A DNA stretch of 64,000 nucleotides from the NCBI RefSeq assembly GCF_009914755.1, contig NC_060928.1, one strand, 5' to 3'. The notes beneath the pieces were generated by a model that saw only the letters and a list, made by a program, of their open reading frames with translations, did not search any database and was not told where the DNA came from. The position numbers were made by a program, and so were the translations under genes. Origin of the DNA: the human T2T-CHM13v2.0 reference genome, Homo sapiens. This document shows, in pieces, positions 11,590 through 26,190 of the stretch. Position 1 is the first letter of the stretch. Each line of letters starts with the position of its first letter.

Positions 11590-12630
11590 TTAAAAAAGCG
11601 ACAAGGCTAATAAGTATTTTGTAATCAGACTTTAGATTGTGAATATCTACCAACCAAATATCCAAGTACCTATGATCATAAAGCATAATTATCTGACAAA
11701 ATACAAGAAGAAAATAAATACACACATGATAATGGTAGAATATTTTAATTCACTTCTCTCAGATAACGAAAGGGTCACCAGAACATCAAAAAAAAATAAA
11801 GAAAATATAGAAGAGCTATAAAAATAATAACATAGAGGTTATTACTTCCATATGAATTTTGGATCCTGAAGTTAAAGGACAACTTTCTGTTTAGGATCTA
11901 TGAAACATAACTAAAATTTGGCCAAAAAGAAATTTAAAAACACATGATACAAAAGTAGAAATAATACATGTAGTATTTTCTCATTACGATGCAAGAAAGA
12001 AAATATAAGATCATAAAATGAAATGCAGAAAAAGAACTACAAGAAAATCTGTAATAAACTGGTTTTTCTAATTCTATACAAATATATTTGAAAAATGCAA
12101 TCAAACACATTATTTTCCATGAAAATATAATTGCCTAAAATCTATCCTGGAGTTGAGAAATAATATACATGTTGGTGTGTACAGAAGAACCAGAAAAATT
12201 GGACTGTGAATTATTCCCTACAAAATGCTAGGCAGCCTCAGACAGCTTCGTAAAAGTATTCCAACCGAATCGTTAAGAACAGATAATTCCAACACTACTT
12301 AAGCTATTCCAAAGCATACAGCAAAATTGATAATTTTTCAAATATTATTTAATAACTCTATAAAGCATTGATGCCAAAAGCGTGACAAAAATTGCACCAA
12401 AAATTTACAGATCAAAATCAGTTATGAAAAGACAAAATTTTAAATAAAATAATAGCAAATAGAATCCAAAAATAATTGAGGTGAATGACATATCATTAAC
12501 AGCAGTTTTCTTACTGGAAAGTTAACAATTATAGAGCACATTTGTATAATTTATTATATTTATTCATCTAGAATTAAAATCATATAAATCCCTCTAGATG
12601 AGCTAAAATGCTATTTGACAGAATTTATAT
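11590..12630 (+). mobile_element. Ancient L1M ORF2 remnant (endonuclease to RT)
   Basis: ORF 11639: NIYQPN..IIK..THMIMVEYFNSLLS resembles L1 EN NIYAPN..FIK..HTLIMGDFNTPLS; downstream RT-like text. Confidence 0.7.
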
Positions 12631-13623
12631 CTCTAAGTTGCAATTTCGAGGATAGGTTTTTCTTCCTGACATTCACCTACCCCCATTTCACCATATGTAT
12701 TTTTTTTTTGCCGTCATATCCGGTATTGTCACAAAATAGGTCGCTGTAAAATAATGCAATTTATATTTCACCAATCAAAATTAGGAACAAAATATCTAGA
12801 ATCAATTAACTTCTGAAGGTTTACAACTGATAACCTTGGTGTCTGTGTGTAAACATCAAACCTGTTTTGTTTGTTTATTTGTTTACTTTGATCAAATACA
12901 AGATCAGTCAATTTCACTCATGTAAAAATGAATCCATTTAATTGATCCAAAATTGTATTTAGAACTTATTTTTAAGTATTGCTTTGACAGTATCGTGAGC
13001 TAATGAATGTTTTGGTCAAATTGGTTTAGTTGGTCTTGTTTATTTTTTTTTTCAATAGCCAATACTGATGAATCTATTTCTGGGAATGTTCTAATTTTAA
13101 GTGAGAAATTTGTTTTCATTCCACCACAATTTTTTAACTTCCTTTGATGCTTGAGGAATGAGGGGTGTTGTACCTGACCCAGTTTGACTACCTAGTAGTC
13201 ATCCAGGTCAAAATATTTTTCATCTTTCCCGTGGTATCCCATTCTCTGTTAATCCACTCAGAACTTCAATATCCCTCCAATTAGTCCAAGTCCATTCACA
13301 AACTACAATCTTCTTCGAAACTTATCAGTAAAAATTTTAGATCCAGTTAGATCCAGTTTTTTAATAATATGTATCAAACCATTTTATTTGGGGAAGCTCT
13401 CATTCATCTCCTTTTTTCTGCTGTAAGCCCTGCTTTTCACCATGAGATGAGATTTACCCTTCTTTTGTTCTGGGATATAATAGACATTACCTTTTTCTTC
13501 TTTATTATATTGGAGATGAAGATCCTATCGCATTATATTTGGATTTGTATTGGTTTATCACCACCTATACAGCCCACGTTTCTAATCTTCTAGTGCACTT
13601 CCAACTTTAAAAGAGCACTTGAC

Positions 13624-13785
13624 AGGGGTGCGGGTGGGGCAGGGGGAGGAAAAGCATTAGGAGAAAAACAATGTAGATGACGGGTTGATGGGTGCGGCAA
13701 ACCACAATGGCACATGTATACCTATGTAACAAACCTGCACATTCTGCACATGTACCCCAGAACTTAAAGCATAATAATTTTTTTA
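13624..13785 (+). mobile_element. Short L1PA (L1PA6-8-like) 3' end
   Basis: aatgtagatgacgggttgatgggtgc..gtaacaaacctgcacattctgcacatgtaccccagaacttaaa; TSD aaaa(g/a)agcacttgac at 13609-13623 and 13786-13800; TT/AAAA site. Confidence 0.93.
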
Positions 13786-16765
13786 AAAAAAGCACTTGAC
13801 TATGAGGTTAAAATAAGAAGAAAGTATTTTGTATATTTTTTGATGAGACAATATTTGCATAATAAGGCTTTGTCAGTGTGTTTAGAATTTTTGATATGAT
13901 TTTTAATAATTTCTGTAACTTACTTGAGAAAATTAAGTACAGTGTTTCAAAAATGTTTGGTTATTTTTCTCCCTTAGAGAATAATAAATACAACTTTGAA
14001 AACCAATCAACATCTGGCAGTAACTAGTGATGAAGAATGGTCATTTAGTATGGTAATAAATTCTTCATGAATGATTCTACAGTTAACAGATTTAAAATTT
14101 GCCATAAAAATATTGCTTTTACTTGAAATGTACTCAATATTGACACTCCTGTCAATAGTATTAATATTATCATATTTCAACTGCTCTCATTTTTTTATGC
14201 TTGCTTAATTAAACAACATATATTGAGAGTCATAGAATTAGAAAACTGCAACGAATAAGCAGACAATCTAGTGAGGAATACATCAAAAGAGTCTAAGCCA
14301 GTTAAATCTTTCTTGAAAGGAAGAATCAAAAGAGGAATTGCACTCTTTTAATAAAACGTTTTAAGAAAAACATTCAGGGACCATAAATTTATTCTCACTA
14401 CCCTTACAACTAGAATTTTTTGGAAGCCTTGGGGTTTTTTGAGACACGGGACCAGCACAGTCCTTTGGTTTACAGATTAAAAATTTGACACACAAAGGTT
14501 ACATATTTGGGTGCCATCTCATAGCTAGCTACATTTTAAAATTAAGCTAGATTTTAAAATAAGATTTTAACACAGATTTCCAATAACTTTTTGAAATAGT
14601 AGTTTTCAGTAACCCGTTCATGTTTCCTCTACATCACGTATGCTCTTGCTCCCCATATGTATCTACCCCTGCCGAGTTATACAATCAACTAATTTACAAA
14701 ATGTAGCTTGTGATCAATATATTTGCTGTACATATGTTTTGGTTAAGCCTTGTAAAACTTAATTAATCTGGGTCTTTATTATTAAGCAATGAACAAATAA
14801 AGTTTTATTTGCAGTACATTGCATGGAATGAATCTATATTACAAAGTTAAATTTATGTTCTTAGAAATAACAGAGTAAAATTGTCACTTAATACATTTTT
14901 AAATAATAGGTAAACATGGAAAATGTGTTTTTTAATCATGTTTTACATATAAAATATATGTTTTATAGGCAAAGCATTAAGCATGTGCTTTTTCAAAAAG
15001 AGATTATAATTTGAGTATAAAAAATGTATTTTTTAAAAAATAAATTTAACATATAAAAGATAGGTGTAACTCTATTTTTGTCGTTTGCCTGATTCTATGC
15101 TACCAAATTGATTACTGAGCTTTGAACAGAGAAAAAATTTGAGTAGGGATGCTTTGTACATTTTGTTCCTAAGTATTATTTTTCAATCAATATAATACAT
15201 CTCAAAATGTAAGATTTGGTATTTGTTTTCTGGAGATCATCTCCACTTACTCTTTTTTTCTAAAGCAATTAGAGTTGTTATTTATAGCAATATTTTGATA
15301 TCAAATTTGGTTCTAAAAATACTCCCTTTACTGAAATCACAATAAAGATACATAGTAATATATATTTCATTTCTGAGTTTTTTCTTACTCTATTTGCTAT
15401 TATTGTTTCTCTACAGAAAAGTTTTGCTTCTGAAAGCTGAAGCCATATTTCTGTTTTTCTAGATTCCCTGGTAAGTGGAATGGGCAGTCATTGAAATCAA
15501 GATTAATTTAGAATGTCTGAAAAGAGTTTCATCCAAGTTAACTTAAAAAGGAAATCATGTTCTAAAATTAGGGTGTTCTGTGTTTGAAAACTTTTAAAAA
15601 ATGTTTCCAACATTAGTATGTCATTAACAGTATATTTATCAAGCTGTTATATTACATTAAAAATTAGAATGAATTAACTTCTTATATTTAAAAAAATCAA
15701 ATATAGAGTATTATATTTTTCTGTATACTGTCAGATAGTTTGTAGCTTACTAATACTTCCACTTCAAGGTGAGGCTATCTAAATCTGTAATGTCTCAATT
15801 TTCCCTTTTGTAATTCTGTCTAATGAGGGTGCATATATCAATAAATTATACCTGTTCCCAGATGGAAATTTACTATGCTTTTGATAGCCACCCAGCAACT
15901 GAGAGAACCAAAAAAGAACTTGATACTCACTTGTATCTTCAACCAAATGGTCTGTCAGTAGTCATTAAATAATTCTTTTTAGATCATTCTATATTTATTT
16001 CACCCAAGAGAATTAATCCCAGAATAACTCCATGTGCTTTATAGCTATAGTATAAACTGAGTTATTTTGTGTTATTTGAATATGATGTATATAAAGATAA
16101 AATGAATTTAATTTTTATTGATAATAATTATTCTACTTAGTTTACATGGCATAAAATTAAACATGTTAATCACCATTCACTCAAACTAATTTTAAAAATC
16201 AAGTAATTCCTGAAAACTTTACATTAGAGGATGTTATAAATTTGGAGTAATATCTTACCAACAACTTAGAAATTCCTCGAATTTGCGTTAAAAAAAATCA
16301 CCTCTTTAGAGAAGAAAAAAAATCTAGAAAAAAAAAACACAAAAGCATAATAACTACTGTTCAGGTAGAGTCAACAAAAATATATTTCTTTTGTGTTACC
16401 TGCCAGATTTTTTCTAAATTTGTATTTTTCTTCCAGGCTGAATTATCCTATGAAAATTTTTGTTTATTTCCTCTTCTGAGTAAATTAGGAAGCAAGCCCC
16501 CGGCTTAAAATCTGAAGCAACCTTATCAAACACAGACATTATGTTCATGACTGCCAAAGGGATATCTCAGTGCTTGCACACAAAAAATAAAACTTTGAGA
16601 ATAAATGGGACAAGTACACAAATATCTCAGATAAATATTTTTCAAAAGCTAAATAACGAAAATAAAACAAATAAATACTCATTTGTTTTTGGAATGTACA
16701 TCAAAATAAGAGATTAGAGATATTTTGTGTTCCTAAATAGAATCCAATCAGGACTGTCCTGGAAT

Positions 16766-18327
16766 TGATGGCAGTGGTAGCCTGCCTGGGGCCGCCACTG
16801 CCAAGACACCTGCTGCAGCAAGGGAGGTGCGGCTGGACTACATGCTCCACAGAGCCAATGGGACCCAGGAGCAGGCAGAAGCCCCCAACCCTCTCGGGTG
16901 CAGTTCCAGCCCCACAAGCCATGTCTATAGACCTGTGCATCTCTGAACCATTGGGGGGCCCAGGAAGGCCCCCCAACCGCTGCCCCTACAGGCTTGGAGG
17001 TGTCTATTCCCACTGCCTGGTTCCAGTGCCTGTTCCAATTTTGGAGCAAGGTTGAGGCCAAGCCTGGGTTCTGTTGCAGCCCAGCTTGGTGTGCACGTGC
17101 TCAGGGCAGCACTGACATGCCGGCCCCCTGCTGCCTTGACCCCCTCTGGACTCTGGGCACCAACAAGCACAGGAGGGAAGAAAATGGGATGCTGAGGGCA
17201 GCCTCAGCATAAGCAGCCGGGGTGCCATGAACAATGGCAAGAGGAAGACAGGCTTTGGGGTGGAAAGTGGTGGGTCTCCAGTGAAGCCCCTCGTTCAAGC
17301 TGGGAAAGGCCTGACGCCTGGCACCCAGGCTGCCAGTGCCTCTGACCTGAGTGGGAACTTGGTACTTTTTCCCAGCCTGCCCATGGTCACCCATGGACAA
17401 ATCAGAACACACTTCCTCCCCTCTAAAGACCATAAAAACCCCAGACTCAGCCAGACTCAAGGAGATGACAGGATGAAGTGTCTGCAGAGAAGAGCTACCC
17501 ACCCCAGGGTCTTGTCTCTGCTGAATGCTGAACACTTCTCAGGACACCCTGCCTGTGGAAAGGAGCTACCCAATATGGGTCTCCTCTGAGCTCTTCTGTC
17601 ACTCAATAAAGCTGCTCTTTGCCTTGCTCCCCATCCAATTGTCTGCATACCTCATTCTTCCTTGACACAGGACAAGAACTTGGGACCTGCTGAATGGTAG
17701 GGCTAAAATAGCAATAACACAAACAAGGCTGAAATATGCCCCTTGCTCACCACATTGCAGGTGACAAGAAGGAGAGATAAAAGGAGGAGAAAAGAGCTGC
17801 AGCCCTTCAGGAAGCCCAAACCTAGAAGCTCCCCGAGACAGTACTGTGTCACACTCTTTTGGGCTCTGGTGTATTTAAGCTTTTGAGCAAGCCCAAAACT
17901 AGAAGTTCCCCAAGCCAGGGCTGTGACACCATTATTTTTTCAGGTTCCTGGTGTCTCCAAGCTTCCGGGCATCACCGTGTTCTCCGGTGCTAGTCGTGGA
18001 AGCTTCTTGTGGTATGCCTTGTCCAACTGCAGCCTCACAGGAAGCCAGCACCCATGCTGGCTCCTGGAGCTTCCCAAATCACCACAGCCAGAGTGCCTTG
18101 CTATGCACAGTGGCCAGACCCCTTGCTTGCTTTTTCAAACACCCCTGGCTTCTCTTCTCACCTATGGCAGGCATGAGATCCTGCCAAGTGTAGCCTGCCA
18201 GGCTGAGTGGACCCAACGAGTCCAAGGGCCCAAGCATAACTCAGGCAAAGGCATCACTGGCTACAGAGGTTTCTAGTCAGAAAAGCATCATCTCAATAAT
18301 CCCAAGAATCCCAAGAATCCCAAGACA
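16766..18327 (+). mobile_element. MER52 (ERV1) solo LTR
   Basis: Begins TGATGGCAGTGGTAGCC, ends ...CCCAAGACA; 4-bp TSD GAAT at 16762-16765 and 18328-18331; TATA-like cataaaaa at 17431, AATAAA at 17605. Confidence 0.9.
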
Positions 18328-19781
18328 GAATGATTGAAGCGGTTAGCAACTGTCTGTTAAAAGTAAATGTCACAAGATACTTTATATCAAGAACAAATTA
18401 GCTACTGGAATGTTGGAAAGAATGGTAAGTTAATGGGATTTTTTTCCCACACAATACCCTGCATTTTCCTGAAATCTTAAATTTACCCTTACTACCCTTG
18501 GATCCTCAACTCATCAGTATCATTGATGTAGTATATAAGGATATATTACATGTTGGTGATAAGAGAACACCACAAAGTTTCATGCAGTAAGCACTGCCCT
18601 TTGTTTTTTTTTTTTAATGACCAGTACACTGATCTTAGCATACTGTTGCCTCCTGAAGTGCTTCCAAAACCCTGAAAATAATACCAGTTTAAATTTACTT
18701 TGAAAAATTCAACTATAATGATCAAACAGTAAAATTAAGATTATACATAATACCAAAGAAGCTAAAAACAAAATAACTATGAAGAATTAGTTTCTATTAA
18801 TTCCTGATAAGCATATTTTAAAAATGTAATCATATTAATATTACTTAATGAATGTTTTATTTATATATATTGTATATGTAATAGCTATTAGTTTTTTAAA
18901 AAAACTAATAGCTCCCAAAAATGATATTTACAGAAAAGCAATCTTCTTTGTGGTCTCTGTACCAAAAGCAACTTAATCATTTGATGAATGAATAGTATAT
19001 TGAGTTATTTTCCATAAATGTTGTAGAAAACAACTAATGATATGATTCTAAATATCTCACCTGGAACTATCTTGTAATAACTATGCATTGCATATCAAGG
19101 AATTGAGAAATATAGATTTTGTAAAATCACACTTTAAAAAATATGATATTAAAACAACACAAATTTGCTTTTCCACATAAATAATTTATACAGGAATAAT
19201 TGAAAGAACTGGCAAAATTCTGGACCAAGCAAGGCTGTGCAAATAAATTAGAAAAATCTGGGGTTCTTTTAAGCCAGATTGACATGAACGTACTAATGAC
19301 TATGTTCTGATTTCTAGAGATTTTATTATAATTTGAATCCTCAATTTGGGTTCTCTTAAGCCAAGGGTGCTAAAACATTTTGTTCAATAGCACAAGCTCT
19401 CTAAGAAGCCCTCCCAGGTTTATATTCCACATCTTTCACATATTAAATGTGTGCTTATATACAAGTTACCTAAATTTTCTGTGCCTCAAAAAATGGACCA
19501 ATAAAGTTAGTCCTAATGCAATAATTTAAAATTCTGTCCTAAAACAAATCAATTACATTTATTTAAATGATGTTTTCTTTCTAATATAAGTCATAATAGT
19601 TCCTTCCTCAGTGAAGATGGTGATGCATCCTTGCTGATAAATTTAGCCAAATTAGACAACAGAAGGAAGGAGAACTAAACTTTTCTAGGAAATATGAAGC
19701 ATACTTTAAATAATATATTTAATTCACTCTTTCAAAACCTCTGTTAGATAATGATAATTGCAATATTAAAAATGTGTATCT

Positions 19782-20095
19782 CAACTACTATTTACTAATT
19801 ACTTACTGTGTTAGACTTCATTAAGTACTTATGCATTATTATACAATATCCTTACAACAAACCAATTAGATACATATTATTTTTTTTTACATTTTAACGG
19901 TAGAAAACAGTGCTTCAAAGAGTTTTCATTGTTTTTGATGCGAGTTCAATGGTAGGGCATGAATCAAAGATTCCAAACCCTTTATGTTTGGATGTAAAGC
20001 ACCCCACACTAAACACTGTGCTTTTTGAAGAAAATCAGGTTAATTGTCTTGCTCAAGACTGAACAGCTTGACAGTTACAGAGTTGGAGCTAATAT
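19782..20095 (-). mobile_element. MIR fragments
   Basis: atccttacaacaaaccaattag..cattttaacggtagaaaacagtgcttcaaagag; ggttaattgtcttgctcaagactgaacagc. Confidence 0.6.
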
Positions 20096-20802
20096 ACTTC
20101 AATCCACATGCGATGCTTAAGCATAGTTTCACAAAACCATAAAATCAATTGATTATTTTATGTAACTACAAAATGAAATTAAGGAATAAGATATTAAAAG
20201 ATAACACGTTAATATTATTTAAATATGAGAAAATAATTTTTGATTAATCACTTTCTGTTTATATTTACAATTATTTTTACAAAATTAGCCATGTTCCAAG
20301 ATATACTTTTGAAATACAAAACCATGAATTTTAAAGAATTTGTCAAAAATAAGATAAAATAATATATTTAAAACATCATTCTGCCTGTTTAAAAAAAACA
20401 CTTAATTGGTCTTTAATTCCATCAGTCTTCATGTTCTGGTCCTGAGGAAGCAAGACAATTTATTGTCATAAAAGAGATCCAAAGAAGGAAGAAAGAAATC
20501 AGAGAAGGGATATTATTTCTTGCAGCACTTCTTTTATGAGAGAGAAAATATCTTTTCAATCAGCCTTTAGTCTTCCAGGATTGATAATAATGTATCCACC
20601 AGCTGTGATCTTTCTCAAATGCTTTTCAATTCCCTCATTTTTTAAATAAGGCATCTGAACTGTTTGTTCTTTCTCCCTTACATACTATTCTTTTTATTTA
20701 AAATGATTTTAAGTTTAACATTTTAGTTACTTTTGATGTTGTTTTATATATGTTATGATGTATTTTTGATAATCTTAATCCATCATCTCTGATTTAGGAT
20801 AG

Positions 20803-20935
20803 TGCAACAGACTGAATATCTGTGTTTCCCAAAAATTTATGTGCTGAAACCTTAATTCCACGATGATATGTTGAGGTGGGACTTAGGGGAGGAAATTAGG
20901 TCATGAGGGTAGAGCCCTCATAAATTGAATTAGTG
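20803..20935 (+). mobile_element. MLT1A/MST-like LTR 5' fragment
   Basis: tgcaacagactgaatatctgtgtttcccaaaaatttatgtgctgaaacc..aattaggtcatgagggtagagccctcat. Confidence 0.75.
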
Positions 20936-21839
20936 AATGCCGTTTGCTAAATCTTTGTGCTTAAAGGTGGATAAACTAAAGTTCTTATTTCCTGCATGTG
21001 TAGGAGAAGCACTAGATTAAGAACAGCTGTCTGATCTATTGAACTCTTTCTCAATTCACTGTCAAGAATTCTTAACTTTGTGGGTGCTCACTGTTACACA
21101 TGCAAAGCTTTTCAAAAGGAAGGGGTAGTAAATCATTCAGCACTGTGATTCCAAGGCAGCCATTCACTCCAGTTCTCTGACTCCAGTCTGTCTAACCCTG
21201 AATCCACATTTTCAGACCAAGTAACCTGAATCTACATGTTCAGCACCAAGTAACTTGCAGACTATTGTTTTAAATCATTTTTATTACTCTTGCAATAACT
21301 CTAATCACTAAAAATGTTTAAGAAAATCTTCAATGAATGTATCCCAATATTAATATAAATGATTGCTTTTTCCTAGAAAAATGCAAAATCTTTTTGAAGC
21401 AAAACTTCTTTGGATTTGAGCAAGTCTAAAACCTATTTGAAAGCTGCTCACCAGAAACATAGCTATAAATCAAGCAAATATGTAATAACAGACATGAACT
21501 TGTTGGGACAGAAAATATGCAAAGGGCCTGAATGTCCCTGCACATCCTTGAGTGCTCCAGATTGCATGGCTTATGTTTTTCCCTATATTGAGCAGTTTTT
21601 GTAGCTACACTTGCAAATACGTAGGTCAAGGCAAGAACAGTACATGACTGCCATGCTTACTTTATGAAGGTGGAAGTTGGGAAAAGTGACTGGGCCGGGT
21701 TGTTTGCTGTTTATGAGTGTGTTTCCTGCTTGCTCAAAAAGTCTGGATCTTGGGTGCCAGGTAAGTAATGCACACCACAGCATTTGCAGGTGTATACTAA
21801 TTTTAAGTTATGTCACCTGATCAGCTATAGAAATCTACT

Positions 21840-22095
21840 TATATGAAAGAGAATTGAGGCATGCAGCTTCAACGAAACTCTCAGACAATATGCAGATGCA
21901 GCCAACACTATCTTGTTAGCCTGTGAATAAGCCACCTGGACTGGCTTCTGCACAGTATTACTGATCCCAGTTTGACTGTTACAGCTAACAACACTTGGAG
22001 CATAGAAAAGCTGTCCCTGTTGAGCCCTATCAACTTTCAAATTTTAAGCAAATAAATGATTTTTCTATTAAGCCTCTAAATATTGGAATTTCTTT
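21840..22095 (+). mobile_element. MLT1G/H-like LTR 3' fragment
   Basis: cagatgcagcc..gctgtccctgttgagccct..aagcaaataaatga..aagcctctaaatattgg. Confidence 0.55.
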
Positions 22096-22109
22096 TTGCT
22101 TTATTTAAT

Positions 22110-23810
22110 TAAATTTTATATTGAGATAAGGGCATATTCACATACAATTATAAGAAACAATACAGAGATCTCATGCATACTTAACTCAATTTCCTCCAGT
22201 GGTAACAAACTGCTAAAACTGTAGCACTATTACAACCCGTATATACACAATGATACAGGCAAAATAGAGAACATTTCCGTCATTACAAGAATCCTTTGTG
22301 TAGCCATTTTAGAACCACATACACCTCCCTCTTTTAACCTCAGTGCTGACTTTTAACAACCACCAACCTCTTCTCCATTTTTAAAATTTTGTCATTTCAA
22401 GAATGTTACATAATGAAATCATACAGAATCCAATAATTTAGAATTGACTTTTTTCATACAGCATAATTATATGGGCACTTAAACAAGTAGTTCTGTGTAT
22501 AAATAGTTGACACCATATACTGCTGAGTAGTATTTCATGGTGTGGGCGTACCACAGTTTTTAAACTATTCAACAGTTGGAGGATAGTCACATTATTTTCT
22601 ATTTTAGTCTATTATAAATAAAACTGCTATGAATATATCTGTATAGATTTTGTGGTAAATAGAAATTTTCATTTCTCTGGCATGAAGGTGCAGGAGTACA
22701 ATTCCTGGATTATATGATAGCTGCGTTTTAATTTTACAAGAAACTGGTAAAAATTTTTACTCACGTTATATTCCCATCACCAACGTGAATAATCAGTTTC
22801 TCCCTTCCTCTTAAGATATCATTTGCTTATCGTTAGTTATCATGGATAACCTCATTGGTTATCTATGTTTTTTATTTTTAGGCTTTCTAATAGGTATGTT
22901 AAAAGGTGAAATCTCGTGTTTGTAATTTGTGTTTCTCTAATGTCTAATTATGTTCAACATTTTTTTCATGTGTTAAATTGCCATCTGTATGTACTCTTCA
23001 GTGAAATATCTTTTCATTTCATGTACTCATTATCTAATTACATTTTTCAACTGTAAAGTTTGAGACTCCTTTATATATTCTAGATATAACTATGTATCAG
23101 ATATATGGTCTGAAAATATTTTCCATCACTCTGTAGCCTGTATTTTTTTTCCTCTTAACAGGGATTTTATGAACCAAAATTATTTCAATGTTGATAAATT
23201 CAAATTTATGAATTTCTTCCTTTATAGGTTATGGTTTTGCTGTTAAGAACTCTTTATATAGTTGTATGTTCTGAGTATTTTTTCCAATTTATTAATAAAG
23301 TTTGATATTTATGTTTTACATTTTTTACAAATAATCCATTTTGAATTGGTTTTGTTATAGTTGATATAAGTTGAGAGTTTTTCTGTTTATTTCCTTCTAG
23401 TTATTAGTTTTTCTTCTCTTTTTTGAGTTCTCTTGTCATTGTTGTTATTTTGACTTACGGATGTCCAATTTCTCTAATACCATTTCTTGGAAAGAATATC
23501 TTTTTTTCATTGAGTTGCTTTTGCAACTTTGTCAAAAAATTAGGCATATTCCTATGCATCCACTTCCGGATTCTCCATTGTGTTACACCGATCTTTGTGT
23601 ATATACCTCTGATAATACTACAGCATCTTGAGTAATGTAGATGTACTATGAATTTTAAAACTGGGTAAACTGATTTTTTCCACTTTATTATTATTTTACA
23701 CAATTGTTTTACGCATTTTAGTTTATTTGTATCTTTCATTTACACTTCAGAATAATCCTATTTGTATCTACAAAAAAAATCTTGATGGAATTTTGATAGA
23801 AATTTCAGTA
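22110..23810 (-). mobile_element. L1MC-type 3' region (3'UTR + ORF2 end)
   Basis: ttgagataagggcatattcacatacaattataagaaacaatacagagatc..; later ttgccatctgtatgtactcttcagtgaaat and ttgatggaattttgatagaaatt. Confidence 0.8.
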
Positions 23811-24579
23811 AAACCAAATTTCACAGCTTTTTTAAGTTTTCTTAATGTATGTGTTCTTAATAATCATGTCTGTGACTCATTAGGCATATTCAACTGAACA
23901 ACTTAAATTCTTCTCATTTGTTCTTTTTTTTCCCATTTCTGGAACACATTAGGTCTCCTATCCTCCAAGTTTTATTTATTCCCAGCTTTAATCTCCATTT
24001 TTTTAATGTATTGTACTATGATGTCTAATAAGTAATTGACATGTTAGACAAAGTAACTTGAGATAGTGCACTGCGATTTACAAGTTACTTGAAGTATTGT
24101 ACATCATAATACAATTGTACATCCTACTACAAATAATCAAAACAAAAACCTGCAATAAATAAGAGAATTTAGTGTATATTACACATGTTTTTCAGGTTTT
24201 GTATTTAATCATTTTTCCAGTTGAGAAATTTAGGTGTCTTTCCTACAAAATTAGTTTTGGTTTTCAATTATAATACACCAAAGTACTTTCAATTAAATGT
24301 GCAAAGCTAACATAGTAGAAAAGTGTGAAGAAGTTAAAAAACTATAATTATAGTTCTAAAATTTATTATTTCTCTCCAAATATTGCAGAGATCTTGAGGA
24401 CAAAAGAAGAAAAAGATATAGAGGAGGTAAATATCACACCCTAAAATTTATATATGCAAATACATCTTTTTAAATGACCGTGATGTACAAACAAAATTTA
24501 TTACATACTTAGAGTACAAAAGAAACGTTAGCACTATTTTTAAAGAGAGATTTTTATATAGAAACTAATTAAGATTATT

Positions 24580-26190
24580 ATTGTTTACAAATAAAATTAC
24601 CTAATTATAAATTGACCAAAAAAATTAACTATTTCTAAAAATAAGATACATTCCAAAACGTATTTTGTATAGAAGTGAAAATTGAAAAGGAAATAATAAG
24701 CTTTCTAGAACCAATAATAAATAGAACAATACATATGAAAAACATGGTGTACAGATAAATCCCTTCATAAAAAATTTGTAACTTCATAAAACATTTATAA
24801 CATTTTTTATAACTTCTTTATTTAATAAGAAATATATAAATAAAATAAATTAGTCCTGAAAAATTAAAAAACTCACAGGAAAATAACTGAATAATCTATT
24901 AAGAGAGACAAATGTAAAAGTAAGAGCAATGTAATATAAAATGAATAAAGTTTAACAAAAGGATGCATAATAAAACAGCAGGAAAGCAATTTAAATTTGT
25001 TTGTTCTTTGAAAATAATTTTTAAAAGATAAACTGTTCAAGAGCCTACTTAAGATAAAGGAAACTGGAAGAGAAACCAAATATCTAAATTTTGTGAGAAG
25101 AACATCTGTAAAACGAATTATTTAATTCTTCTTTTCTTATTTTAATAAGAAATATTAAATTTTTTTTATTTTAATAAGAAAATACAGAAACTATCCAGTC
25201 AGGAAGCCTAGGGAAGACTTCATTCTAAAAACTGACTCACACAGGAATAGTATGTTGAAAACACTAATTAGAAGGGAAGATATTGAATGATGATGAAATA
25301 TCTACTCTAAAAAATCAACTTGGATAAAATTATTCAAGCTATTTTTAATCAGATTAATTATTAACTCAAATGTCACTTCACACCAAAGTAAGTGATGAAA
25401 TTCTCACCAACATTTTATAGAGCTGAGATGAGTCTACACCCAAACTCCAAGGACTAGTGCAGTAACATAATTAGTACAGGCTAATCTCACTTAAGAACAT
25501 ATATGCCAAAAAAAATTGTTAAACATATTAATGGCAAATTTTAGCAAAATCATATATATATACCAAATGTGTTCACTATCAAATATCCAGAGGTAGAAAT
25601 ACTATCAATGTAATATTTTACCTCAACAGATTCATAGACAGAATTATTGATACCACCAATAGATAGATGGTAACACATAATTTTATAAATATAGACTTTA
25701 TGCTTACATAAACTCTAAGTAAAATGGAATAGATGGAAAGTAATTGAATGATTATGTACTACTAAATATCTGCATGTAATATTCTGAATATTGAAACAAT
25801 AAAACAATTTCCAGCAAATCAGAAACTAGACAGGGCTGCCTACTACTACAATTTGTATTTGAAATTGCTTTGGAATTTCTAAAAACATAAATTATTGCTG
25901 GAGGAAAAGAGAAGAGCTGTGCTGCACATAGTATAATTATATATTCAGGAAACCAAGAGGCTCAAATTAAAAAATGTGACTTCTAGAACTAATAAGAAAA
26001 TTGATTGTGTTTGATAAATAAAATTTAAATTTAAAAATATTAATAGATGCTCTCAATTCTATCTGCAGGAACCTATAAAAGGAAGTGATATAAATGCTTC
26101 TATTAATAACAGCAGCAGAAATATATTTATAATACATTTAAGATGAAGTGAATTACTCCATACAAAGAAACTAATAAAATCTTCTTGAAT
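24580..26190 (+). mobile_element. Ancient L1M ORF2 remnant
   Basis: A-rich; tcagaaactagacagggctgcctactact..tttgaaattgctttgga resembles [18 protein letters not shown] coding sequence. Confidence 0.6.

Noticed and set aside
16701-18276. Dense cluster of overlapping ORFs / apparent CpG-island gene
   Set aside because: Explained by the GC-rich MER52 LTR bounded by a TSD; CpG-depleted.
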